A stretch of DNA of 24,114 nt. Origin: a virus. Its lineage: Duplodnaviria > Caudoviricetes. The stretch covers positions 1 to 24,114 of IMG/VR virus record IMGVR_UViG_3300017902_000255; one strand, given 5' to 3'. The notes beneath the pieces are model-generated. The model was not told where the DNA came from and ran no database searches. It worked only from the letters and a program-made list of their open reading frames with translations. Made by a program: the position numbers and the translations under genes. Within the stretch, counting starts at the first letter, position 1. Each line of letters begins with the position of its first letter. Shown here piece after piece: positions 13,612 to 23,800 of the stretch.

Positions 13612-13640
13612 AATGTATCATTGGATTGTATATTTGTCAA
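13612..13640 (-). promoter_or_regulatory. sigma70-type (host-like) promoter for the GmrSD-oxygenase operon
   Basis: TTGACA-17-TACATT. Confidence 0.75.
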
Positions 13641-13744
13641 CCCCTTTTCTTTTTCTTAACATTTTTTTCATAAAGAAGTTTCCACATCTTAGGATTTAAC
13701 TTCTTGATTGTTAGTTCGTCAAGTTTCTTTGCTTCCTTTTTCAT
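13637..13744 (-). CDS. small basic peptide, 35 aa (MKKEAKKLDELTIKKLNPKMWKLLYEKNVKKKKRG)
   Basis: Hand translation; fills the gap and overlaps the upstream gene end. Confidence 0.5.
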   Translation of the reverse strand: MKKEAKKLDELTIKKLNPKMWKLLYEKNVKKKKRG

Positions 13745-13883
13745 TCTCAAGAATCTGTAACATTTCAAGAGCGCCCTGCACTTTCAAAAACTCTTCTTTC
13801 TTAAGTTCAAAATTTCTATTTATTTCTTGTATCTCTGACTGTAAGACTCTTGCTCTCTCAGTCAGTTCATCTTTATGACTCAT
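13719..13883 (-). CDS. small coiled-coil protein, 54 aa (start MSHKDEL...)
   Basis: Heptad pattern with VQGALE.L motif; TGGTATAAT extended -10 upstream. Confidence 0.75.
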   Translation of the reverse strand: MSHKDELTERARVLQSEIQEINRNFELKKEEFLKVQGALEMLQILENEKGSKET

Positions 13884-13918
13884 AATTTTATTGCTCTTAC
13901 TTCTATATATTATACCAT

Positions 13919-13926
13919 AATAAATA
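13919..13926 (+). promoter_or_regulatory. T4-type late-promoter-like box (AATAAATA)
   Basis: About 25 nt upstream of the 13951 start; resembles T4 gp55 consensus TATAAATA; short AT-rich motif. Confidence 0.5.
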
Positions 13927-13950
13927 CTATTGGCATGAAAACCGACCAAA

Positions 13951-15555
13951 ATGGATTTTAATTCTGACTATCAGACAGATTATGAGATAAACTCTAACCC
14001 AGAGCTACAGAGGACTGAGGTAAACCCTTCCGTAGCAAGAGAGATATGTGCCCATGAAAAGGTCTATAAAACTCTTGTAACACTTGGAGACTTTATTTGT
14101 TACGTTTGGTTTCACGATAACGATTATGACGACTCAAGGACGACTGAGGGGTCAAAGAGAATACATATCGTACCTTCTGAGTCAAGAATTGAAGATGAGA
14201 TAAAGATAAACGAATACTTAAATATAGCCAGTAATGTTTTCTCTGAGGGTGTTGTATATGTCAATGCGATCTTTAGAAGAAATGGCACTGCCTTTACTGA
14301 AAATAAAGACTTAAAAGATTGTGTCAAGTATATGACAGGTGTGGCAGCACACTATAATGCTAGTTCAGATAAGATTGTAGCGATAGATGCTGAAGATAAC
14401 GATAGAATGTATGATGTAACCTATGATGTGGCATCAGCAAAAAATTATTCTGATATATCTAATAACGTTCTGGGAGACTTTACCTCTGGAGCAGTGGGTA
14501 ATGGTAGTTTAGATGTATCTAACACCACTCACTTCGCTACTGGAGCGATAGCGTTAAGTGCAATTAATAGTGCATTTACAAGTGGCACAAGTATAGGTGC
14601 ATACTACAGAGGCACAGGCGTAGGTAACATCACGGCAAATAATAATGTACCCACAAGTGGCCCAATATCATTCAGTAATTTAAGAAATGCAGTCAGTAAG
14701 GTCACTGCGACTGCAAATGGTAATTGGATGCACCTACAGGCAAGATATGAGGTATTTGGAGATAACACTTACACCTCGACTGTTACCAAACAACTAAACA
14801 TTGGCGGTAACGTGGGTTCTGATGGCAGTTCTAACCCAGCGATCAGATTCAATAGTGGTGGTAATGGTACAATAACGTTCCAAATCAACAACACGAGTGG
14901 TTCTCCTGTAGTTAGAGGATATGCTGGAGAAAAAGGTATTGGTGGTGGTAATACAGGCGATGGCGGTGGCGGTGGTAAAGGAGATGGCGGAGAGAGTGGC
15001 GGCAAAGGTATGATTGTCTCCTCAACTATATCAATGCCAACATCACACTTCAATAACAGACTCCGAGGCGGTGGCGGCGGAGGAGGCGGTGGCGGCAAGG
15101 GCGGTCAAGGAGGTGGCGGTGGTCACTCAGGCGGTAGAAGATGCTCTGGTTGGTTCTGTCACGGTTCTTACCGTGTTTGTAGTAACAATGGAGGCACAGG
15201 CGGTGGCGGTGGTAACGGCGGCGGAGGAGGCCGAGGTGCTGGATATTACTGGAATGGTTCGAGTTGGGTAGCAAAGAATAGTGGCGAGGGAGGCCAAGGA
15301 GGTCAAGGTGGTTCTGGTGGAGGAACTAACGCTGGTACAGGCGGCACAGGTGGTAATGGTGGTGCTGGTGGTAATTATGAATCTAACGGAGGCGATGGCG
15401 ATACTGGTAACACTGGCAACAATGGTGGTGGCGAACAACAAGGTTGCGGTTCAAATGGTTCTATGACTGGTCAATCAGGTAAAGCTGGTGGTGGTAAGGG
15501 CAGTGGAGCATCAAGACACTCAACCAGTAATGGTGCAAATCTAAATTTAACCTAA
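13951..15555 (+). CDS. glycine-rich putative virion/fibre-associated protein, 534 aa
   Basis: Only long + strand ORF; NVPTSGPISFSNLR motif as in cyanophage fibre-like proteins; C-terminal poly-Gly/GGxGG repeats. Confidence 0.8.
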   Translation: MDFNSDYQTDYEINSNPELQRTEVNPSVAREICAHEKVYKTLVTLGDFICYVWFHDNDYDDSRTTEGSKRIHIVPSESRIEDEIKINEYLNIASNVFSEGVVYVNAIFRRNGTAFTENKDLKDCVKYMTGVAAHYNASSDKIVAIDAEDNDRMYDVTYDVASAKNYSDISNNVLGDFTSGAVGNGSLDVSNTTHFATGAIALSAINSAFTSGTSIGAYYRGTGVGNITANNNVPTSGPISFSNLRNAVSKVTATANGNWMHLQARYEVFGDNTYTSTVTKQLNIGGNVGSDGSSNPAIRFNSGGNGTITFQINNTSGSPVVRGYAGEKGIGGGNTGDGGGGGKGDGGESGGKGMIVSSTISMPTSHFNNRLRGGGGGGGGGGKGGQGGGGGHSGGRRCSGWFCHGSYRVCSNNGGTGGGGGNGGGGGRGAGYYWNGSSWVAKNSGEGGQGGQGGSGGGTNAGTGGTGGNGGAGGNYESNGGDGDTGNTGNNGGGEQQGCGSNGSMTGQSGKAGGGKGSGASRHSTSNGANLNLT

Positions 15556-16479
15556 TCCGTAAATATATTCGTTACTAATTCCATCAGCTGTTGCAGTCAT
15601 AATCGTAGCACCAAATACAGCATTTGGATTCTGTTCCCATGTAGATAATTCTTCTGTCCAATCTGCTATACTGGCTATGCCTGCGACTGAGGCATTATGT
15701 GATTCATGTCTCTCAGTCCACAATGTTATGTTATCATTAGGCGATGTACCCTCTGGAGCATCTTTCATAAAGTGTGTAGATAGGGAATATCCAAGTTGTT
15801 TTAGTAAACCATTTTCATTGCACTCTATAACCATCTCTGGTAGATAGACTTCCGAACCATCATATATGTAATCTTCAATGCTGTTGACTAACCCTGAGCA
15901 ACTCTGATATATTTTTGTATTTGATCTAGTCCCAAGATACTTATATACTTCATCAGACATTCTTGATGTGGGACTCTTCACGAGTCCTATTTTCATGTGT
16001 TTATTAATCTTGCTAATGTTGATTGTAGTTACCTCATAGTCTCCATCAACATTATCTAATATATCTAACAGTCCTCTCAATAAATCATTGTTACCTGTAG
16101 TCTCTAAAGCTAATTGACATATTGATTCTATAGTAGGAGCGAATAGTGGTATTGGTTCAAAAGATAATACTTCCTCAACCATGACACTATTTTCAAAATA
16201 TAGAAACTTAAAGTTCTGTAGATATGGAAATAACTTACTCTCTCCGATTGAACCATCAAAGTATTGGTATTGACTCACGCCAGTGGGTACAGGTTTTCTG
16301 AAACCATACTTGGTAGCATTAGAACTTTTCCTTATACCACAGCCATTATTATAGTCATCAGCAAATAAATCAGGATAAACTTCTATAATCTGTTTTACTG
16401 CATCAACATCAGCACTATTCAATAAGTTAGGGAACTTACCTGAGTTAGATATTGAAGTTAGATTGTCTAAGTCAACCAT
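15547..16479 (-). CDS. hypothetical protein, 310 aa (start MVDLDNL...)
   Basis: ORF track; AAGGA RBS before ATG 16479; no recognised motif. Confidence 0.8.
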   Translation of the reverse strand: MVDLDNLTSISNSGKFPNLLNSADVDAVKQIIEVYPDLFADDYNNGCGIRKSSNATKYGFRKPVPTGVSQYQYFDGSIGESKLFPYLQNFKFLYFENSVMVEEVLSFEPIPLFAPTIESICQLALETTGNNDLLRGLLDILDNVDGDYEVTTINISKINKHMKIGLVKSPTSRMSDEVYKYLGTRSNTKIYQSCSGLVNSIEDYIYDGSEVYLPEMVIECNENGLLKQLGYSLSTHFMKDAPEGTSPNDNITLWTERHESHNASVAGIASIADWTEELSTWEQNPNAVFGATIMTATADGISNEYIYGLG

Positions 16480-17045
16480 TGTTTTCCTTTTTGATAACTG
16501 AACCAAGTTATAACAGAATACCTCTCACCTTTGGTGACAGGGGTGATTTCATGTTTGAATAGGTGATTGCTCGGATAAACATGAGCAGTGTTTTCACCTG
16601 ATAAGATATTATAGTTTTCCCAGAAACGAATGTTACCACCCTCATAATTTCCATTGATAGCATAAGATGTGGTAACTGAACCAGCATCAGCATCAACATC
16701 AGCATGAGAAGAGAGATACCCGCCTTCTGGATATTTACATAACCAATATCCTGAGTATTTATCGTAGATGGCTGCTGGTAAATTATCTCCAATATCTTTG
16801 TATATGTGAGGCATCATCTTCATGTGTGCCTTATGAATTAAATCAAATATCTCTCCATGATGAGGTTCTATCTCCACTTGAGCCCTCAGTCCATGTAGAT
16901 TATAATATGTGTTTGCTGGTGGATTACCTACTGCTGGCCAGTCGAATCCTCTAACGAGTTCGAGCAATCTTCTATGATCGACTGTAGGAAGAACATCCCG
17001 ATAATGAAAGATACTGTCCAGTAATCCCAATCTCTCATGACTCAT
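16467..17045 (-). CDS. prolyl 4-hydroxylase-like 2OG-Fe(II) oxygenase, 192 aa
   Basis: KY..GG.L..HAD, N..YEGG...F, YPSN.LF.HEITPVTKGERYSVITW. Confidence 0.9.
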   Translation of the reverse strand: MSHERLGLLDSIFHYRDVLPTVDHRRLLELVRGFDWPAVGNPPANTYYNLHGLRAQVEIEPHHGEIFDLIHKAHMKMMPHIYKDIGDNLPAAIYDKYSGYWLCKYPEGGYLSSHADVDADAGSVTTSYAINGNYEGGNIRFWENYNILSGENTAHVYPSNHLFKHEITPVTKGERYSVITWFSYQKGKQWLT

Positions 17046-17808
17046 TTACATTTACGTCTAAACATTCTGGAAAAATAAATCCAGACATTGAAACTCTTGG
17101 TACGTCTTTATACCAACCTTTTTTAACTATGGCACTGTGCCACATATATGAGGGGTAGATAATCATTCTGTTAAATTTCATTGGAATATGATGTTCTTCT
17201 TCCCAAACATCATCAATCAGAGTTGTATCATTATCTATCAAATCTTCAGCCTTATTAGAAAAATCATATATCCACTCTTTAAAGTTCCAATATTCCTCTG
17301 TTCTTTTGAATGGCATATGCACCTTCTCCATGTTAGTGAGTCCAGTAGCATTGTGTCTAAAGAATGATGTTCCGCCCTGTATATTCTCTTCTGGATTCAA
17401 ATATAATACTGTTGCAAACATTGCTGGGTCAACGTGTGGTTGGATAGAGATTCTATGCACCTCTCTATCACTGTGCATAGCGTTGACTTGATATGAAACC
17501 TGTACATTATTTGGTTCTATATTAGTAAAGTCAGTTAGCTTCTGAATCATATATCCAGTGAGATAACTGACCTCTGGTAAACTAATATGTAATTTTGATT
17601 GATAGCCTGGAAATACTTCCTCTGGATCTCCAGTATTAATATCATTTAATTGCATTGGAAGTTTTTGCACCACTTCCTCTAGGAAAGCATGAGGATTCTC
17701 CAACACATCATCAACTACAATGATAGGGTGGTTTTCCAACCTAGTTACTTCATAATGTAGGTTATCAGAGACTCTATGAGCCTTATCATCAACAATATTC
17801 AGTTGCAT
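17035..17808 (-). CDS. DUF6445-like 2OG-Fe(II) oxygenase-fold protein, 257 aa
   Basis: PIIVVDD...P, FPG, PHVD...FA.VLYLN...GGTSFFRH..TG, KFNRMIIYP...WHS; AATAAATA late-type box at 17823-17830. Confidence 0.8.
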   Translation of the reverse strand: MQLNIVDDKAHRVSDNLHYEVTRLENHPIIVVDDVLENPHAFLEEVVQKLPMQLNDINTGDPEEVFPGYQSKLHISLPEVSYLTGYMIQKLTDFTNIEPNNVQVSYQVNAMHSDREVHRISIQPHVDPAMFATVLYLNPEENIQGGTSFFRHNATGLTNMEKVHMPFKRTEEYWNFKEWIYDFSNKAEDLIDNDTTLIDDVWEEEHHIPMKFNRMIIYPSYMWHSAIVKKGWYKDVPRVSMSGFIFPECLDVNVNES

Positions 17809-17825
17809 AATAACTTTTTAAATAT

Positions 17826-20800
17826 TTATTTTGACTTTAGATCGTCAATTTCTGCTTTGAGTTCTTTGACTGCCTCTATTAGTAGAGGAACTAACTTCTC
17901 ATACTTGACTGTCAAGTAGTCGTCCATTGATCGACAAGCGACTGCCTCTGGTAATACTTCTAACACTTGTTGAGCAGATACACCAGAGTGTCTACCAGCT
18001 GGTAAATCAAGTCCTCTACCTGTCTCATTGAACTCATATGTAAATCCACTTAACTTACATACCTTGGCAACTGCACCTTCAATCTGTTCGAGATTTGTTT
18101 TCAATCTCATGTCAGATGCGAAGGCAGTGATGTCTCCACCAACTGATAGGTTAGTGCCATTAAATGTAAGATTACTTGATGTTGTGGTAGTATTTGATGA
18201 TGAGTTATATAAAACTCTGTTTGCTCCACCAACTACGTTACTTGCAGTTGTGGCTGTGGTTGCATTTCCATTTAATCCACCACTAGCAGAGAATGTTCCT
18301 GTAACAGTTAGATTATTGATAGTGTTGTTTCCACTCAAGTTAGAACCACCAGCAGTCAATCCAGAAGGGAAAGCACCTGATCCGCCTTGGAATATACCAG
18401 TTGCAGTAATGTCTTTGACCTTTGTACTACCTTGAGAGTCTCTACTCATAATAGAGGCACCACTTGTCCAGTTACTACCTACAGCAGATAAACCATCAAG
18501 TAAGTCAGCGTTCAAGTTAATACACTTGGAAGTAGATGCAACCACAAGTGGAGGCACGTTAGTTGCAGTTGACTGGAACTGGAATGATTTTATTTGTCCA
18601 GCAGTACCAGCATCAATGGTCATGTTACCACCACTACCAGCACTCAATGCTGTAATGATACCAGTGTTAGCACGAATGGTTGGGGCAGTAAGTCCGTTAC
18701 CGCCAGGTGTCATGTTGATTCTCTCTATCGTTGCAGCGAAACCAACAATACAAGTGTAGATACCAGCGTTAGCAAAGATAGTTAATTGTTCTGCCTCATT
18801 GCCTGGGTTGGAAGGATACTTACTACCAATATATCTTGTAGTCAATCCATCAGAATCTACATCATTAGAGAAGTAGGCATCAGGCCCGATAAGGTCATCA
18901 GTGAATGTGATGTCTGTACAGGTTAGATCGGCAATGTTTGCAAGTTCAATGTCTGCGTTACCACCACCAGCAGAAGGAACTATTAGGTTAGTGATAGTTG
19001 CATTTGTAACTGTCTCATTAGCGATAGTCGCTTGGTTAGTAACCTGTAAGTTAGTTGCAATACCACTAAAGATATTGGCAGTGTTTACATATTCTGTTCC
19101 AACATGAGATAGAGTTGTAATACCAATATCAGAGTAGTTCTTAGCTATAGATGCGTCTGTAACTACAATGTTTGTTACAATACCAGAACTTGCATAGAAA
19201 TTATTGACTGCCTCAAGAGTTCCGAATGAACCATTATCAGCATTGACAAATGTACCATTGAATGTACCACCTGTACTCTCAAGGTTTCCTACCTTAAGTG
19301 TACCTGAGAATGTACTTACACCAGCAAATGTTGACTTCCATGGCCCCTCAAAGTGGATTGCAGCAGCAGGCTTGAAGGTTACATATGTACCAACAACTTC
19401 CATGTTGTAAAGTCTGGAAGTACCAGCTTCATGTACCTGTGTGTAGTATCCATGATTTTCCCAAGGGATTCCATCATAGGATAGTCCACCTGTAGTATTG
19501 TAACCCCAGAAGTTAGCGTTCTTTTTAATTACTAGAGTATCATAAGACACACCAGCAAATGACTGGTTCGCAGCAAAGGTAACAACACCAGCAACAAATA
19601 AGTCTTTGATCTTAGCAACACCGTTGACCTCAAGTGAATCTTTAAATCCAAAGACACCACCTGACTGTCCAACACCAATCTGATCTACCTTGATGAATGA
19701 TCTATCTCTCTCCTGAGATATGACACCAAAACGCCTCCATTCACCCTCTGCGAAGATATGACCTAAGTAACCACCAGCATTAGGAACACCAGCAAAAGAT
19801 ATATCACCTGATCTTGCAGCATCTACAGGAGTAGAGATACCAACTGTAAGTAACTTACCCTGTGGGGCGTCTCCTCTAATTGATAAGTTGATAGTCTCAA
19901 TACCATCATCAGATGTGTTGGTGATCTTCTCGGTGAAGTTGACTGGGCCATAGAACTGTGATGTTCTATTGTTGTTGTCTCCACCCTCAACTGTGAGTGA
20001 TTCTCTAATTAATACTTCATCAAATACACCTGATGCTCTCTTGATTGTCTCCGCCTCAGCATCGTCACCAACATAGGTGAACACTGGAGCTTCGAGAACT
20101 TCCTCTTCACCTGTAATAGATGATAACTTCTTATATCCTGTGAAGAAGTCTCCAGAGTCATTCATACCAGTATAAACAACTGTACCACCATCTAGCTCTT
20201 TCTTCTGTGCAGTCAGTGATTCAGTATCAGATAGAACTCTATCCTGTTTCTGTGGTAATGATGTAGAGTAGTTTCCTGATCCATAACCAAGATATTCAAA
20301 CGTATGACCAGAGGCACGAAGGATCGAAGGTCTGCGTAATTCCATAGGAAGAACCTTGATCTTCTTGATCGTAGTTCCTGTTATGGCAGGGGATGCTGGA
20401 GTACCAAACTGTCCACGAAGTATCTCGTTGACATTATCGTTAGTGAATCTTACGATCTCTCCATTGATAATACAATAATCTCCTCTCTTGAATCCTTCTG
20501 TTGAAGTCAGTGTAATGCTTGCATCAGTAGATGTGAGTGGAGCATTGATACTTGTAGATATACCAGTATAGAAGTATGAACCTCTACCAGCCAAATTATT
20601 CTCACCAGCACTCAATGACTTACCGTTAGCAGATATACCAGTACCAAACAGTGTTGCATCAGTCGTTAGATATGAAGTATCAATACCAGCAGTGATGATA
20701 CCAACATTAACAGTAAGACTTCTGAGTGGTAGGCCTTCCTCTACACCTTGAACAACTAACTTTCTATCATCAAAGAGTGGGTTCTTAGTTCCTTGAATAA

Positions 20801-23800
20801 CAAATGCGTTACCAGCCACAAGAGAGTGGTTTCCATTTGTTCTGATTGTAGTAAGTCCAGTTGCACCTGTAACATCAATGTAAGTTACACCAACACCGAT
20901 ATTTGCTAAGTGATATGTTGGAACTCTTCTATCATCTCTATCTTTGAAGTATGGTTCAAGATTCCTAGCAGTTCCTATCTCAACTGAAATGGATTTGGAT
21001 GTAGGAATATCTACGATCTTAAATGTACCATTAAGTTTTGGATCTTCAAAACCACTTAAGTTTAATCCATCGCCTATGTTATTGAAGATAGATGTAACTG
21101 AAACAACACCGACCTGTGTAGGGGCACCAGCAGGGAATGATGATACTGTCATGGTATTACCTATACCATAACCGCAACCACCATCTAATAAAGCTACATC
21201 AGTGATTGTACCAGCAGCAGAGACAGTGATCTTAGCAGATGCGTTTGCACCAATCAGTGCATTATTTTCCAGATCCGCAGCATATATAACTGTTGCAATT
21301 CCTGATCCGTTGTTGTATCCAGCGCCAGGAGTTATGAGTTCTAATCCCTTGATTGAGTTATAATTATGTTCAACATCAGTGAATAGAGTAACAGTAGTAT
21401 TACCTGTACCAGTAATAACAGCACCAGTAGCAGCATAACCTACCTGTTGTCCCTGCATGAAGTAACCAAGAGATTCTTTGGTGATTGATTTTTTCTTGTC
21501 ATTCGTTACAACATCACCGATAATCTTAGCACTAGCGTGAGTGATTGCTGGTTCTGGATCTGAGTCATAGTTATCTCTATCCTGTTGTGGATATAGATTT
21601 CTTACGTCCTGTGAGAAGGACTTCATTGATACACCAAAACCAAGATCCTTATCTAGTGGTATTGATGAACATACTAAGATGACATTATAAACACCATCTT
21701 GTCCAGATGTGCCAGGCACATGAGGTCTGTTCTCTTGAACTCTGTAAACTGCAAAACTGTCTACAGCTTTTGATCTCTGAACTGTAGGTAATGCCTCAAT
21801 CTGTTGTTGTGTAGTTCTTTGGTTGACTTGGTTTAAGAATAAGCCTGGATCTGTGTTAATACCAGCAACAGTAAACTGTTTAGTTGATAAAACATTAGAT
21901 ACAGGGTGTACACCATTGTATCCAAGTTTAGGAGATACAGTACTGTAATTTGTGCTAGTTACGTTCCTAATTGTTACCAGATCATTTCTCTGTAATCTAT
22001 GTGGTTCCTCTGTAGTAAATGTAAGAGTATTAGAACCATATGATGCGGTCTTAATAATCTTGACGTTCTTAAGTTGAGTTGGGTTACTTAGGTCTGCACT
22101 TAAGAATGATGCACTACCAACACCAACTGTCTTAGATTCTTGTAAGATGAAGCCAGGCTTTGGAGCACGAGCATTGGTATGTTCTTTTGGTATAACATAT
22201 CTTGCTCTGTAAACTCTATCAAGTAATGATCTATTATCTACTCTTCTCTTGAGGAATGTAGTACCTGTCTCTTCTCCAATAACACCGACACCAATACTGT
22301 TAAGAGCAGGGAATATGGTATTGAATGTCGTACTTGGATGTCCAAGAACATACCATCCACCAACTGTATTCTGAACATTATTAATAGTATAAGTAGATTC
22401 GTCAAACTGCATTGGGTGGCCTGGATCGCCAGGATTCTTATCCGATACAGTAGATCTGACGGTTAGTTTACCACCACCATTTGATATACCTGTGATGGGT
22501 CTACGAGCGATAGCATCGTTGAATGTAGATGCCAACTGTATTCTATCCGCAGCAAGTGTACCACCAGAGATTGCAAAGTAAATCTTATCATTGATGATTG
22601 CACTTGGAGTTTCACCAGTATTACTGAATACTCTAACCTTTTCTCCGTTTACTAACTGATGATTAGTCTTGAATTGTATTACGTTAGATATGATGGCATT
22701 GACACCAGAGTTTCTGATGACTTCATACTCTTTCTTAGATGAAGTACCAATACCACTAGGCACTTGCATGAATATAGGAGATTCATAAGTCTCCTGTACC
22801 GCCTGACCAGATAAAGTATTAACTAGACTTAAGAATATCTTATCGTCTTTTCTAGCACCAACCTTGAATGAGTCAATCTCTGCTGGGGGTATTATCTCTT
22901 CATTATCGTATCCGAAGAGATATAATCTATCAGTAACACCAACACCGATAGTCTTTCTAGTATCAATAGTCAACCAAGATACAGTAGAGTCCTCTCTTGT
23001 AATCTCTCTTGGTGGTATAATATGTGTAATATAACCAGTATCGTCTCTGTCAAATGATTCTGGACGGAAACCTGTAGCTTCAAGAGCAGTCTGTCCAAAG
23101 TTAGAGTTAGAGTTGGTGATTGATGCGTCACCGCCTCGTTCTGCATGGAAGTGTCTAGCATATGCAATAGCGAACACTGACACCAACTGAATAACAGAAT
23201 TATTTCTAGTCCTCATGTGTGAGGTTTCATAATTCGGTTTGTATATCGCCCTTGAGTTAGAGTGTAGTGGTTTCTCTGACTCTGCTACTGTTGTTGTGTC
23301 ATTGAAGATTGCAGTTGTAGGATTATATAAGATGAAGGCGTTGTCGTCTTTCTGAATTGAAATACCAGTGAACTGAGCACAAACCATAGATTTGAAACCA
23401 GTTGCCTTATCTCCATCACAATCCAATCCGTTCATACCAAATACGGAACGGAGTGATACGTTAAAGATATATGGAGAAGCAGATCCAACTGTGTCTGACT
23501 CTACAATAACACTAGAGTTCTGTATTTCCTGTGCTGTTGGAAGTGCATTGCCTGGCACATTTGATGTCTGGAATGTGAACTGAGTAGGACTCAATATCTC
23601 ATCTACAAGGAATGAACCATTATAGGAATTGATTGCAGTTGTAATACCAGCAATTAAGACAGGAGTATCCTTGAATAGTCCATGTGCCTTATTAGTATTG
23701 ACTGTGATAGTTGCAGTCGGAGTGTTACCATCTCCAGACTTGATAGATGTGACACCAACTGGGTCTGATTGTAAGTCTCCAACGATTCTAAATTCATCTA

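Noticed and set aside
14124-15466. Pro-rich and Thr/Ala-rich ORFs overlapping the glycine-rich gene
   Set aside because: Artefacts of GGN codon repeats read in other frames or strands.
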